64,000 nt of DNA from Candidatus Hodarchaeota archaeon (lineage in GTDB: Archaea > Asgardarchaeota > Heimdallarchaeia > Hodarchaeales > Hodarchaeaceae), in contig JAEOTC010000068.1 in the NCBI GenBank assembly GCA_016840035.1, positions 25,186 through 89,185 of the forward strand, given 5' to 3'. Numbering within the stretch: position 1 is the first letter of the stretch; every line of letters starts with the position of its first letter. This document shows positions 30,607 through 40,162 of this stretch, one piece after another. The notes beneath the pieces were generated by a model that was given only the letters and a program-made list of their open reading frames with translations, was not told the origin of the DNA and did not search any database. The position numbers were made by a program, and so were the translations under genes.

Positions 30607-32133
30607 ATGCTAATATTAAGAAGGGTTACTTTTGTTTTAGACTTTCTAGCATATACTGTACTTGTTTTTATACCCTTTTATGTGATGATATGCGTTATCG
30701 AAATTTTTAATACATCAAACATCTCTATAATTCTCTTTAATATGTTATTACTAATTATAGAAGTAATAGGATTAACATTTTCATATTATCTTATTAGTAT
30801 GATTTCAGGATCGATTTTCTTTAGAACCTCAGGACGAACGTTTGAGAAGAACGCGAAAGAGGAGCCTTTTTTCAGTGTTATTGTGCCTTCACACGGAACT
30901 CCTTATTCAATCCTAGAACAGACTCTCATTGGGGTTCTTAACTTTGATTATGGAAATTATGAGTTGATAGTTAGCGATAATGGAAAGCTCCCAGATGTGA
31001 CAAAAAAACTCAGAAAGTTCTGCGTCCAAAATAATATTGACTATTATCACAAAAAAGATGAGAGGGGATTTAAAGCTGGGAATATTAATGCAGTATTCAC
31101 CTATACGAAGGGAGATTATATTGTTATTCTTGATTCAGATCATATCCCAGTTTCGAACCTGCTCCGAAAATTTGTATCAGTAATAAAAGATCCTAATATT
31201 GGTTTCGTCCAAGCAAAGGTTTCTTATCGAAATGTAAATCGAATGTATCAAAAAGCAAACTCATTTTTATATTCTCAATTCTATGAAGTTATCGAAGCAG
31301 CGAAAGATAGACACGGTATGGTACTATTCAACGGTACAACAGGATGTTTTCGAAGATCGGTATTAGAAGAGATAGGAGGATTTGCTGAAGATACTCTGAT
31401 TGAAGATATCGATACTTCAATGCAAATAATTGCGCGTGGGTATGAAGGCCGATTCATTAATTTTATTGGATCTTATGGACTCGTTCCAGCATCAGCTAAA
31501 GCTCAAATCTCCCAACTATGGAGATGGACTCATGGAGCATGTAACATCCTTCGGATCAGATTAAATCTAATACTCTCGACTCCACACATTGGATTTTTGA
31601 AGAAATTTGAATTGATATTGAATGCTATGGCTTTTTTTTCGGGAATAAGTATAGTGTTCTTCTTTAGCTTACTGGCTCTCATGATTTATCTTGATGTCCC
31701 AATTCTCCGACCCTCTTTCTTTTTGATGAACGCTTTGTATTTGATGCCACTTCTTGTTAGCACTTCTTTTTCAATAATTACAATACTTACTATTATATGG
31801 GAAGACAAAAAAGACCATTTTGTAATTAGAATGCTCCATCTAATTCCTTATTACCTATTTTCTTTGGGTTCATTTCTTTTTCTTATATCTGGAGTAATTG
31901 AGGGATTATTACTTTATAATACTCCCAAGAGCGAATCTAGTGTCTGGGATAGGCAGTTTAATATCCTGAGAAATTCACTTCTGGCTATATTGTATACAGG
32001 ACTGATAGTGTTGCTTACACTATACTCCCTACCCAATGAATTCTCATTCTTCATTCTTGGAGGAACTATTTCCTGGGTGTTTGCACCTATAATGTTAATT
32101 TGGGAGGAATTTTTTCCCCCAGATAAGGAATAA
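30607..32133 (+). CDS. Processive GT2 glycosyltransferase (cellulose-synthase-like)
   Basis: KAGNIN, DSDH, EDID, QLWRW; TM helices at both ends. Confidence 0.9.
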   Translation: MLILRRVTFVLDFLAYTVLVFIPFYVMICVIEIFNTSNISIILFNMLLLIIEVIGLTFSYYLISMISGSIFFRTSGRTFEKNAKEEPFFSVIVPSHGTPYSILEQTLIGVLNFDYGNYELIVSDNGKLPDVTKKLRKFCVQNNIDYYHKKDERGFKAGNINAVFTYTKGDYIVILDSDHIPVSNLLRKFVSVIKDPNIGFVQAKVSYRNVNRMYQKANSFLYSQFYEVIEAAKDRHGMVLFNGTTGCFRRSVLEEIGGFAEDTLIEDIDTSMQIIARGYEGRFINFIGSYGLVPASAKAQISQLWRWTHGACNILRIRLNLILSTPHIGFLKKFELILNAMAFFSGISIVFFFSLLALMIYLDVPILRPSFFLMNALYLMPLLVSTSFSIITILTIIWEDKKDHFVIRMLHLIPYYLFSLGSFLFLISGVIEGLLLYNTPKSESSVWDRQFNILRNSLLAILYTGLIVLLTLYSLPNEFSFFILGGTISWVFAPIMLIWEEFFPPDKE

Positions 32134-32142
32134 AACAAATTT

Positions 32143-32745
32143 TTACTCGGTCAAAAATCTATACCGACTTGCACCAATGAAATGAGCAATTCTAATCGCT
32201 TCAGGTATAGTTCCAACCGCAGTACATTTTTTTATGAGTTGGTAAGCATTTGTTAATGTTATACCAGCCATTTGTAAGTATAAACGCGGTTTTATTTGGA
32301 CTTCTTGTGGCTCTCCTGCCCTTTTCATTGAATCCCAACGGACTTGACTATCGCTGAAAACTTTCTCAAGTGCAGAATGGATTTTTTCAAAATTTGGAAA
32401 TCTCCTAAGGACAACAATGACTGGTATCTGTGTCATTTTCCAAAGAAGGTGTATGTCAATGACTCCAAAGCCTGCAATAGTGATTCCCTGAAGTAGAATG
32501 GCTCTGATTTGGTCTTTATGTGAGCTGTCTAAGATCATATCTGACAGAACATTTGTCGCCTGTGGATCGTCTCTTTCAAGCTCATTTTGAATGATACCAT
32601 CTACATAAGCCGCCCCTTTCATTACAACTCCAAAGACAGGTATTTTTTCATTATTTGTCGAGAAACGGTCAAATCCCCCGTCATCAATTCCGATGATAGG
32701 GGTTTTTGACTTAATGCTTCGCCATTGTCTGATGGATTCAAACAC
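32143..32745 (-). CDS. DUF99 / UPF0215 (endonuclease V-like) protein
   Basis: GIDDGGF, GITIAGFGVID, PEAIRIAH. Confidence 0.88.
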   Translation of the reverse strand: MFESIRQWRSIKSKTPIIGIDDGGFDRFSTNNEKIPVFGVVMKGAAYVDGIIQNELERDDPQATNVLSDMILDSSHKDQIRAILLQGITIAGFGVIDIHLLWKMTQIPVIVVLRRFPNFEKIHSALEKVFSDSQVRWDSMKRAGEPQEVQIKPRLYLQMAGITLTNAYQLIKKCTAVGTIPEAIRIAHFIGASRYRFLTE

Positions 32746-32777
32746 TTTTTCCCGTGCAACCTCAATTCAAAATATAT

Positions 32778-32963
32778 TCAATATGAATCTCGAGATTGGG
32801 CAATAAATGCGTTTCCACGAAGACTCCAAAGCTCATCTTTCAGCATGTCACGGATAGCAAATCTTATGGCTTCACTTCGATTTGGATATCTACCCGTCCT
32901 TACTAGCTCATCAAGGCCACTAACCTGATCGTTTGGTAGATGCACTGTGATTAATTTCATCAT
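32778..32963 (-). CDS. Small ribbon-helix-helix regulator (CopG/CdrS-like)
   Basis: ITVHLP...LDELV..GRYPNRSEAIR.AIR; GAGG SD. Confidence 0.88.
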   Translation of the reverse strand: MMKLITVHLPNDQVSGLDELVRTGRYPNRSEAIRFAIRDMLKDELWSLRGNAFIAQSRDSY

Positions 32964-33563
32964 TATTCATTCAACCTCTTTCAATGTTATACACTTAATC
33001 AGGTCTTTTCGCTTTAAAAGAGACATAATTCTGGGGTAATATCCCCGTCATTCGCAGGTAGTACAGCGAGCTGGTACACGATTTTGTCCAGAATTATTGG
33101 GATTCAAAGATTAATCTCATTCGATTCCTGTTATGAATCAAATTTGATCGAATTACCCTTATTTCCACATGAAAGACTACGTTTAAGAATAAATCTATTT
33201 TAGATAAATCGAATGTCGAAGTAATCTATTTATTATACTTCTGTTGCTGTTTAATTTGTTTTAAAAGGATTTGAATCAATCTTTCACTTAATCATAAATT
33301 GCTTTAGTTCTACAACCGTATCGACTCATTAGTACTTTCCCGAATGCTTTTATGAGAGGTGCACCAATTCCTAGTACATCGTTAATCGTGAAGAATCTGA
33401 AGGGATATCGAATAATTTTCATGTTTTTAAATTAAAAACTCAATTCCTCTAGTGGTGATGAAATACAGCTTCTTATGGAAAGTTCACTGGTTCATTTACT
33501 CCTAGAATAATTATTCGTGCCCCAGATTTTAATTTGACTTAGTTGTTTACAATGTGATATTCT

Positions 33564-36500
33564 ATGACTCTAGTTTCTAACGTCCAAAAAGATGAAATAG
33601 ATAGAAAAGCACCGTTCCTAACCCCTAACGCCATGACTGTCTTAGAAAAACGATATTTGCTTCAAAATGATAGAGGGGAAATCATAGAAACTCCCATACA
33701 GCTATTTTCACGTGTAGCAAAATCAATTGCCGCTAATGAGTCACGATATGGGCTTGATTCCTCTGAAATAGAGAAAAAGTTCTATGATATGATGGTTAAC
33801 TTTGAATTTTTACCTAATAGTCCTACACTAATGAATGCAGGGACAAAAATTAATCAATTATCTGCATGTTTTGTATTGCCTGTAGAAGATGATATGACAT
33901 CTATTTTTCAAGCAATAAAAAATGCTGCAGTAATTCATAAGTCAGGCGGAGGTTGTGTTGCAAAGGGAACACGAGTTTTCACTTCATTTTGTGGTGTCGA
34001 AAAAATCGATACAATTTACAATCATTTTTCAAAAAAAATTGACCCAATTTTTGAGGAGAATGCTGAGATAATTGATATATCAAATAAACAAGTGACAACT
34101 TTATCATTTGATCCACAAAGCGGTGAGATCATTTCAAAACCCATTTCAAAACTATGGAAATATAGAATCGATGCTAAATCAACTGTTAAGATAACTACAG
34201 AAGGGAAAAATTACATTTCAACTAGCAATTGGCATCCCTTTTTTGTCTGGAATGGAAGAGAGATTAGTGAAAAAAGAGCTGATGAGTTAAAAATAGGAGA
34301 ATATTTGATAACCCCTAATAAAAGTGGGATCAAGAATTGGCCCTATAAAGCTTATCAAGTAATAAATGGGATCAAGTTAGATGAGAAATTTGCTTATCTA
34401 ATCGGATTGTTTCAGACAGATGGATCGTTAAATCGTTTTAAGAATACCGTGACAGGGTGGGAGGGGCTTCGTCTTCGTTTTTTCTCTACTGATAATAAAC
34501 TGCTTGAAGAATATAATACAATTCTAGAACAGATTACTGGTAATAAATACTCTATTCAGACTGATAAGAGAACTCTGCAGGGAAGTCGTATCCCTTTAAA
34601 ATCTATAACTTGTTATGATTCAAAATTAAATGGAGCGATTGAAATAGCTAATAGAGGATTGGTTGGGAGTAAATCAAAGAGAGTACGCATACCAGAGCAA
34701 ATTTTTAAATCACCCATTACCGTAATTTATGCATATATTGCAGCTGTTTTAGATGGGGATGGTCATGTCACCAAAAAAGAGAAAAAGATCCAATTTTCAA
34801 CTGGTAGTAAAGAATTTAGTGAAGATCTAAGATCATTACTATCAGCGTTGGGAATTAAATCAAGATTTCGTGAGAGATTGGAGACAAGAATTAAACGACA
34901 GAGCCTTACTTATGAAATAACTATTAGCGGGATAGGGAATTTTCATTCGATATCTGAGAAAATACTCAAATATCTTATTGTAGATGAAAAAAGAGAACGG
35001 ATTGAATCGTATCTGAAGAGACAGCATTCTTCCGAATCATGCCCGATCTCTTTTGTGATAATTGAACCATTTCTTAATAAAGCGGGGATTGAAACAGTTA
35101 ATACAGAAATTTGGAGAAAATCTATTCAAATAGGGAAGAATAAATTCTTTTTAGGACGATGGAAAGAAAAGAATAGGATTAATGTAGTGAAAGTTGTAGA
35201 GTTAATAAAGGAACTTCTCATCGGATATAAAGATTCATTCAATGAAACGGAAATTAAATTTTTATACAAATTAACCAGAATACTTCCCTCACTTACCTCT
35301 ATTATTGATATTTCTTCTGGAGAGGAGGTAGAATTCTACGATTTTACAGTTAAAGATACAAATAATTACCTCGCAGGAAATGGATTATTCTACATTGTTC
35401 ATAATACAGGATTCGCTTTTTCTCGACTCAGACCTACTAATGACAAAGTTCAAACAACTGGAGGAGTGGCATCTGGGCCAATTTCTTTTATGACCGTTTT
35501 TAACTCTGCAACTGAAATAATTAAGCAAGGAGGAAGAAGGCGTGGAGCAAACATGGGTGTATTGCGAGTCGATCATCCTGATATACTTGAGTTCATTGAA
35601 TGTAAACAGGATCTAGAGACTTTAAATAATTTTAATATTTCAGTAGGATTAACGGAAGACTTTATGCAAGCTGTTTTATCAAATTCCGATTACCCTCTCA
35701 TAAATCCTAGAAATAACGAGACTACTGGTAAATTAAATGCCCGAACTGTCTTTGACAGAATCGTCCAAATGGCACATAATTCTGGTGAACCAGGAATATT
35801 ATTTTTAGATCGAATCAATGCCGCAAATCCTACTCCTAAAATCAGTAAAATCGAAGCAACCAATCCTTGCCTTACTGGCAACACGTTAATAGCTACAGCC
35901 GATGGAAGGACTTCAGTTCCCATAAAAATTCTTGCTGAAGAATCAAAAGACGTTCCTGTATTTACTGAAGATAATCAGGGGAAAATTGCCATTAGATATA
36001 TGAGAAGACCGAGATTAACAAGAAAAAATGTACCTGTGTACAAAATAACACTAGATTCAGGAGAGAATATTAAAACCACTGCTAACCATCGGTTTTATTT
36101 GAGAGATGGCACTCAGAAGAGAACGGATGAATTAAATCCCGGAGATAGTTTGCATGTTTTGACTAAAGTGTATCAGTACCAAAGAGGTAAATATTCTGTT
36201 AATCCTCATAAGAAATATGTACGAATGTACAACCGAGGGCATTCAGATAAATCAGAACATACAGTTCTAGCCAAATTTTTCCATAATAATGATATAGAAA
36301 TACCTGAAGGTTATGTTGTTCATCATATTGATTTTAATTCTGAAAATAATCATCCTTCAAATCTAGAAATCATGACTTCAGAGGAACATAATTCATTACA
36401 CAACTTATCTAAAAAAGGAAATAGAAATCCAATTTTTAAAATAAAATCAGATCCAGATAAATGGGAAGAATACAAGGCAAAAAATCCGTTTTATCACCCT

Positions 36501-38726
36501 ACTGGAGAGAACAATCCAAGATACGGTGTGAAAGTAACAGAAGAAACAAAGAAGAGAATCGGAAAATCACGGAAGAAGTCATACGAAGATAATCCAGTAC
36601 AAATCCAAGTTCTTTCCGAAATCGCACGAAAGAATTGGAATGATCCTGATTATGTTGATAAAACGCAAAAAGGTTTTCTACGAAAAGCACAAGTAAAATT
36701 GAAAGAATGTCAGCAACAAACAGATCTGAAATGCTCTTTAAATGGAAACAGCGTTATGGTTGAGAAGACCTGTGAGTATTGTGGGAAAAACTTTCATATT
36801 AGCTTCAGTAAGAGAGAGATTAGTTCGTGTAGAAAAGAGTGTTTTATGGATTTCTTCAATGAGAATGAGGAAATGATTCAGAAACGGACACGAGGAGTAA
36901 GACGTACCTACCAGATACAATCTAAGGAAAAACGTGAAAACCAGCTACAGTGTTTTATTGATTTAAAGAGAAAATTAAACCGTGATCCCTTGAAAAAGGA
37001 ATGGGAGAACCAATGCAAAAAATCTTCAATACCCTATAGATTAGGAACAGAATTCGGCTTTAAAACTTATACTGAACTCAAAAATTCAGCCCTCATGTAC
37101 AATCATACAGTTCTCGCTGTAGAATTATGTGGGGATGAGGATGTATACAATGGGACAGTTGATGATTTTCATAATTTTTTCATAGGTGGGTTTAAAGAAG
37201 AAAAAACAGGAAAAGAAAGAATAAAATTCGTCAAAACTCAGAACTGCGGTGAGCAACCCTTATTACCATATGAATCGTGCAATTTGGGCTCAATAAACCT
37301 TGGAAAGATGGTTAAAACTGATTCCACTCAGACTTATGGATATAGCATAGATTTTGAGAGGTTAGAACAGATTACTCGACTTTCAGTGAAATTTTTAGAC
37401 AATGTGATTGATCTTTCCACTTTTCCACTACCAGAAATAGAAGAAATGACAAAATCTAACCGTAAAATTGGACTTGGAGTGATGGGTTTCGCAGATCTAC
37501 TAATCAAATTAGGAATCTCCTATGATTCACTGGAGGGTCTCGGAATCGCGAAAAAAGTGATGAAATTTATTCATCAAACTGCACTTCAAGCATCACAAGA
37601 TTTGGCAAAAGAAAGAGGTTCATTTCCAAATTTTCCAGAAAGTACGTTGGCCGATCACTACACGATGATGAGGAATGCAACATTAACTACTTTAGCGCCT
37701 ACAGGGACTATTTCAATTATTGCGGGATGTTCCAGTGGAATAGAACCTTTATTCATGTTAACCTATGAAAGACGAGTTCTTGATGATGATATTCTGGTTG
37801 AAGGATATCCATTTTTTGTGGAGAAAGCAAAACGATTGGGCTTTTACTCACAGGACCTGATGAAACAGGTGGCATTGACTGGTTCAATCTCAGAAATTGA
37901 AGAAATACCCGAGGATATCAAAAAAGTCTTCGTCACGGCACATGATATAACGCCCGAGGCCCATGTGAGAATGCAGGCTGTTTTTCAAGGATCTGGTGTA
38001 GATAATGCTGTCTCGAAGACAATTAATTTTCCTCACGAGGCCTCTTTAGAAGATATACAACAAGCCTACCTCCTTGCATATGAATTGGGGTGTAAGGGCA
38101 TAACCGTTTATCGTTCAGGTTCCCGCGCTTATGATGTACTGTCAAAGAAAGGAACGAATGAAGAATCCAGTGTTGTTGCTGAACCAATTAAAATTAAAAA
38201 ACCGCGACAAAGACCCAATGTCACTCAAGGAATTACTGAACGAATAAGAGTTGGTTGTGGGACAAATTTATTTATTACAATCAACGAAGATGAAGAAGGT
38301 CTAACAGAACTGTTTTTATCCTTGGGTAAATCAGGAGGATGTGTAGCTTCTCATATTGAGGCGATGGGAAGGCTCATTTCATTGACACTACGTAGTAGAA
38401 TTGATCCTGAAGAAATTATTTTACAATTAAAAGCGATCAGATGTCCTTCACCGACTTTCGGACCAGAAGGACCAGTCCTTTCATGTGCTGATGCAGTTGC
38501 TAAATCCGTCGAAAGGTTTATCGAACAATATAGTCAAAATGGGAACGAAAAAAATTCTGTCAATGAGGGACAAAAAGATGTTAAAGAGTATGGTGACCCA
38601 GAAACGCTTTATTTAACTCATACAACATCAGGATTACGACCAGAATGTCCAGAGTGTGGTAATATTGTGGAACATAGTGAAGGGTGCATTCTTTGTCGGG
38701 TTTGTGGATATTCCAAGTGTGGATAA
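33564..38726 (+). CDS. nrdJ: Adenosylcobalamin-dependent (class II) ribonucleotide reductase, about 777 aa after removal of two inteins; C-terminal TSCPD and Zn-ribbon domains
   Basis: PNSPTLMN, QLSACF, GG|TG, RRGANM, NP|CGEQPL, APTGTIS, KGITVYR. Confidence 0.95.
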   Translation: MTLVSNVQKDEIDRKAPFLTPNAMTVLEKRYLLQNDRGEIIETPIQLFSRVAKSIAANESRYGLDSSEIEKKFYDMMVNFEFLPNSPTLMNAGTKINQLSACFVLPVEDDMTSIFQAIKNAAVIHKSGGGCVAKGTRVFTSFCGVEKIDTIYNHFSKKIDPIFEENAEIIDISNKQVTTLSFDPQSGEIISKPISKLWKYRIDAKSTVKITTEGKNYISTSNWHPFFVWNGREISEKRADELKIGEYLITPNKSGIKNWPYKAYQVINGIKLDEKFAYLIGLFQTDGSLNRFKNTVTGWEGLRLRFFSTDNKLLEEYNTILEQITGNKYSIQTDKRTLQGSRIPLKSITCYDSKLNGAIEIANRGLVGSKSKRVRIPEQIFKSPITVIYAYIAAVLDGDGHVTKKEKKIQFSTGSKEFSEDLRSLLSALGIKSRFRERLETRIKRQSLTYEITISGIGNFHSISEKILKYLIVDEKRERIESYLKRQHSSESCPISFVIIEPFLNKAGIETVNTEIWRKSIQIGKNKFFLGRWKEKNRINVVKVVELIKELLIGYKDSFNETEIKFLYKLTRILPSLTSIIDISSGEEVEFYDFTVKDTNNYLAGNGLFYIVHNTGFAFSRLRPTNDKVQTTGGVASGPISFMTVFNSATEIIKQGGRRRGANMGVLRVDHPDILEFIECKQDLETLNNFNISVGLTEDFMQAVLSNSDYPLINPRNNETTGKLNARTVFDRIVQMAHNSGEPGILFLDRINAANPTPKISKIEATNPCLTGNTLIATADGRTSVPIKILAEESKDVPVFTEDNQGKIAIRYMRRPRLTRKNVPVYKITLDSGENIKTTANHRFYLRDGTQKRTDELNPGDSLHVLTKVYQYQRGKYSVNPHKKYVRMYNRGHSDKSEHTVLAKFFHNNDIEIPEGYVVHHIDFNSENNHPSNLEIMTSEEHNSLHNLSKKGNRNPIFKIKSDPDKWEEYKAKNPFYHPTGENNPRYGVKVTEETKKRIGKSRKKSYEDNPVQIQVLSEIARKNWNDPDYVDKTQKGFLRKAQVKLKECQQQTDLKCSLNGNSVMVEKTCEYCGKNFHISFSKREISSCRKECFMDFFNENEEMIQKRTRGVRRTYQIQSKEKRENQLQCFIDLKRKLNRDPLKKEWENQCKKSSIPYRLGTEFGFKTYTELKNSALMYNHTVLAVELCGDEDVYNGTVDDFHNFFIGGFKEEKTGKERIKFVKTQNCGEQPLLPYESCNLGSINLGKMVKTDSTQTYGYSIDFERLEQITRLSVKFLDNVIDLSTFPLPEIEEMTKSNRKIGLGVMGFADLLIKLGISYDSLEGLGIAKKVMKFIHQTALQASQDLAKERGSFPNFPESTLADHYTMMRNATLTTLAPTGTISIIAGCSSGIEPLFMLTYERRVLDDDILVEGYPFFVEKAKRLGFYSQDLMKQVALTGSISEIEEIPEDIKKVFVTAHDITPEAHVRMQAVFQGSGVDNAVSKTINFPHEASLEDIQQAYLLAYELGCKGITVYRSGSRAYDVLSKKGTNEESSVVAEPIKIKKPRQRPNVTQGITERIRVGCGTNLFITINEDEEGLTELFLSLGKSGGCVASHIEAMGRLISLTLRSRIDPEEIILQLKAIRCPSPTFGPEGPVLSCADAVAKSVERFIEQYSQNGNEKNSVNEGQKDVKEYGDPETLYLTHTTSGLRPECPECGNIVEHSEGCILCRVCGYSKCG
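33954..35405 (+). mobile_element. Intein 1 (484 aa) with LAGLIDADG homing endonuclease
   Basis: GGG|CVAKGT...IVHN|TGF; block B TSNWHPF; LIGLFQTDG and YIAAVLDGDG. Confidence 0.93.
35868..37244 (+). mobile_element. Intein 2 (459 aa) with HNH endonuclease, NUMOD3-like and Cys-rich modules
   Basis: NP|CLTGNT...KTQN|CGE; TANHRF; VVHHIDFNSENNHPSNL. Confidence 0.92.
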
Positions 38727-39140
38727 GTTGTTAAAACTCAGGATCCTCTAATGTAATGTCATAAAGGCTTTTATCGTCAAATTGCATGCTTTTTCTTCTG
38801 GTGATGCTTTATTTTAGTACATAGACGCACTAATGTATTCTATATTATTTCTATGAAATAAAATGTGTGATAAAGACAATTTATCTAAGTTTTATGTATA
38901 AGATTACACATCAAAGCGTTTTATCGGAATCTAGTGTAACAATATGCATAGTTAAATTAATAGGATAAAGTAATTGCTTATATGACTCTGCTTACTCGCT
39001 AAACAGAATGAACTATCAAATGTGAGTGATATAAGTAAGAAAGAGTATGTCGGAACTTCCTTTCAGGAAGAAGATTCAATATAGACAACGAAAAATTAAG
39101 TTAGAATATGTTACCAACTACCCAGATGTAAAAGGATTGT

Positions 39141-40055
39141 ATGAAAATGAAATGGACAGATCTCGAAGCACCTAAATCTGCAATGGCCACTTTGAATCGT
39201 GTTTCGGGAATCACATTATGGGAAGAAATGGTACGAGACCGTAGAGATTTCTGTTTGTCTAAATGTCAAAACAACAAAGTTGTCAATATGTTAAGACCAA
39301 AATGCACGGATCGTCGCTATTTGGATGTCTTACTGCTAAAACGTGAAACTAAAAAAAATATGCCTATGTTTTGCTACTCTCAAAGGATAAAGGGTTTATT
39401 ACGTTCATTTCAAGAAGGGGAATTTTTATTACCTGACGTTTATATTTATTTAGACGATTATTGGAAGATCATTCATGAAAAACAGGCAAAAGCTAGAAGA
39501 ACAGCATCTGATTTTCTGAAACGAACAATTATCAAGGGAAAAGAAGTCTTACCAATGGGAAATGTGGATCAACTCATTGAAACGCATTTTGTAAGAGGGC
39601 AAATCTTCTGTCTATGGCCTAAACTTGATCTATGTCTTGTAAATGCACAAGAAACAAGTATTCATAGTTTAAAAATGCTCAGTTCCATCGTAGAGACCCT
39701 TGCTGAATCGTATGGTTTAGATATCGATCTTATGATAGAGGGTAATTTTGCCGAACTTCGGTTCCAAAACTTAGTGATTGGGGATCCCAGTCTAGTAGAA
39801 GCTGAATTAGAGAAATCCACATCTTTTACTGGATATTCTGAAGATGAAATTTGGGCTGAGATCAATTTACCTTCAGATTTTGAAGAAGAAGGATCTGACT
39901 TTAAAGTAAAGGACCTTCATCTAATTTTCCAAACAGTGGACCGGGTAGTTGAATTAGGAGAGCAGGATGCATCACAAAAAACAGAAGAAGTAGAGGTTCA
40001 AGTTGACGATATACCTATTGAAGTAAATAAGGAATCAAAAATTAGAAAAACTTGA
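39141..40055 (+). CDS. Hypothetical protein with N-terminal Cys motif and acidic C-terminus
   Basis: 304-aa ORF; AAGGA SD; no family recognised. Confidence 0.7.
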   Translation: MKMKWTDLEAPKSAMATLNRVSGITLWEEMVRDRRDFCLSKCQNNKVVNMLRPKCTDRRYLDVLLLKRETKKNMPMFCYSQRIKGLLRSFQEGEFLLPDVYIYLDDYWKIIHEKQAKARRTASDFLKRTIIKGKEVLPMGNVDQLIETHFVRGQIFCLWPKLDLCLVNAQETSIHSLKMLSSIVETLAESYGLDIDLMIEGNFAELRFQNLVIGDPSLVEAELEKSTSFTGYSEDEIWAEINLPSDFEEEGSDFKVKDLHLIFQTVDRVVELGEQDASQKTEEVEVQVDDIPIEVNKESKIRKT

Positions 40056-40162
40056 CGATATCCAGATTCCTTTCTTCTGAATTTTTATCTTATAGGAGAA
40101 TTAGGTTTTAAATAAGAGAAAAAATTAGTTTCTCTGAACCTCCTTAAAAGGGTCTGAAGTTA

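Noticed and set aside
32964-33563. Cobalamin riboswitch upstream of nrdJ
   Set aside because: No B12-box consensus recognised; the region is AT-rich
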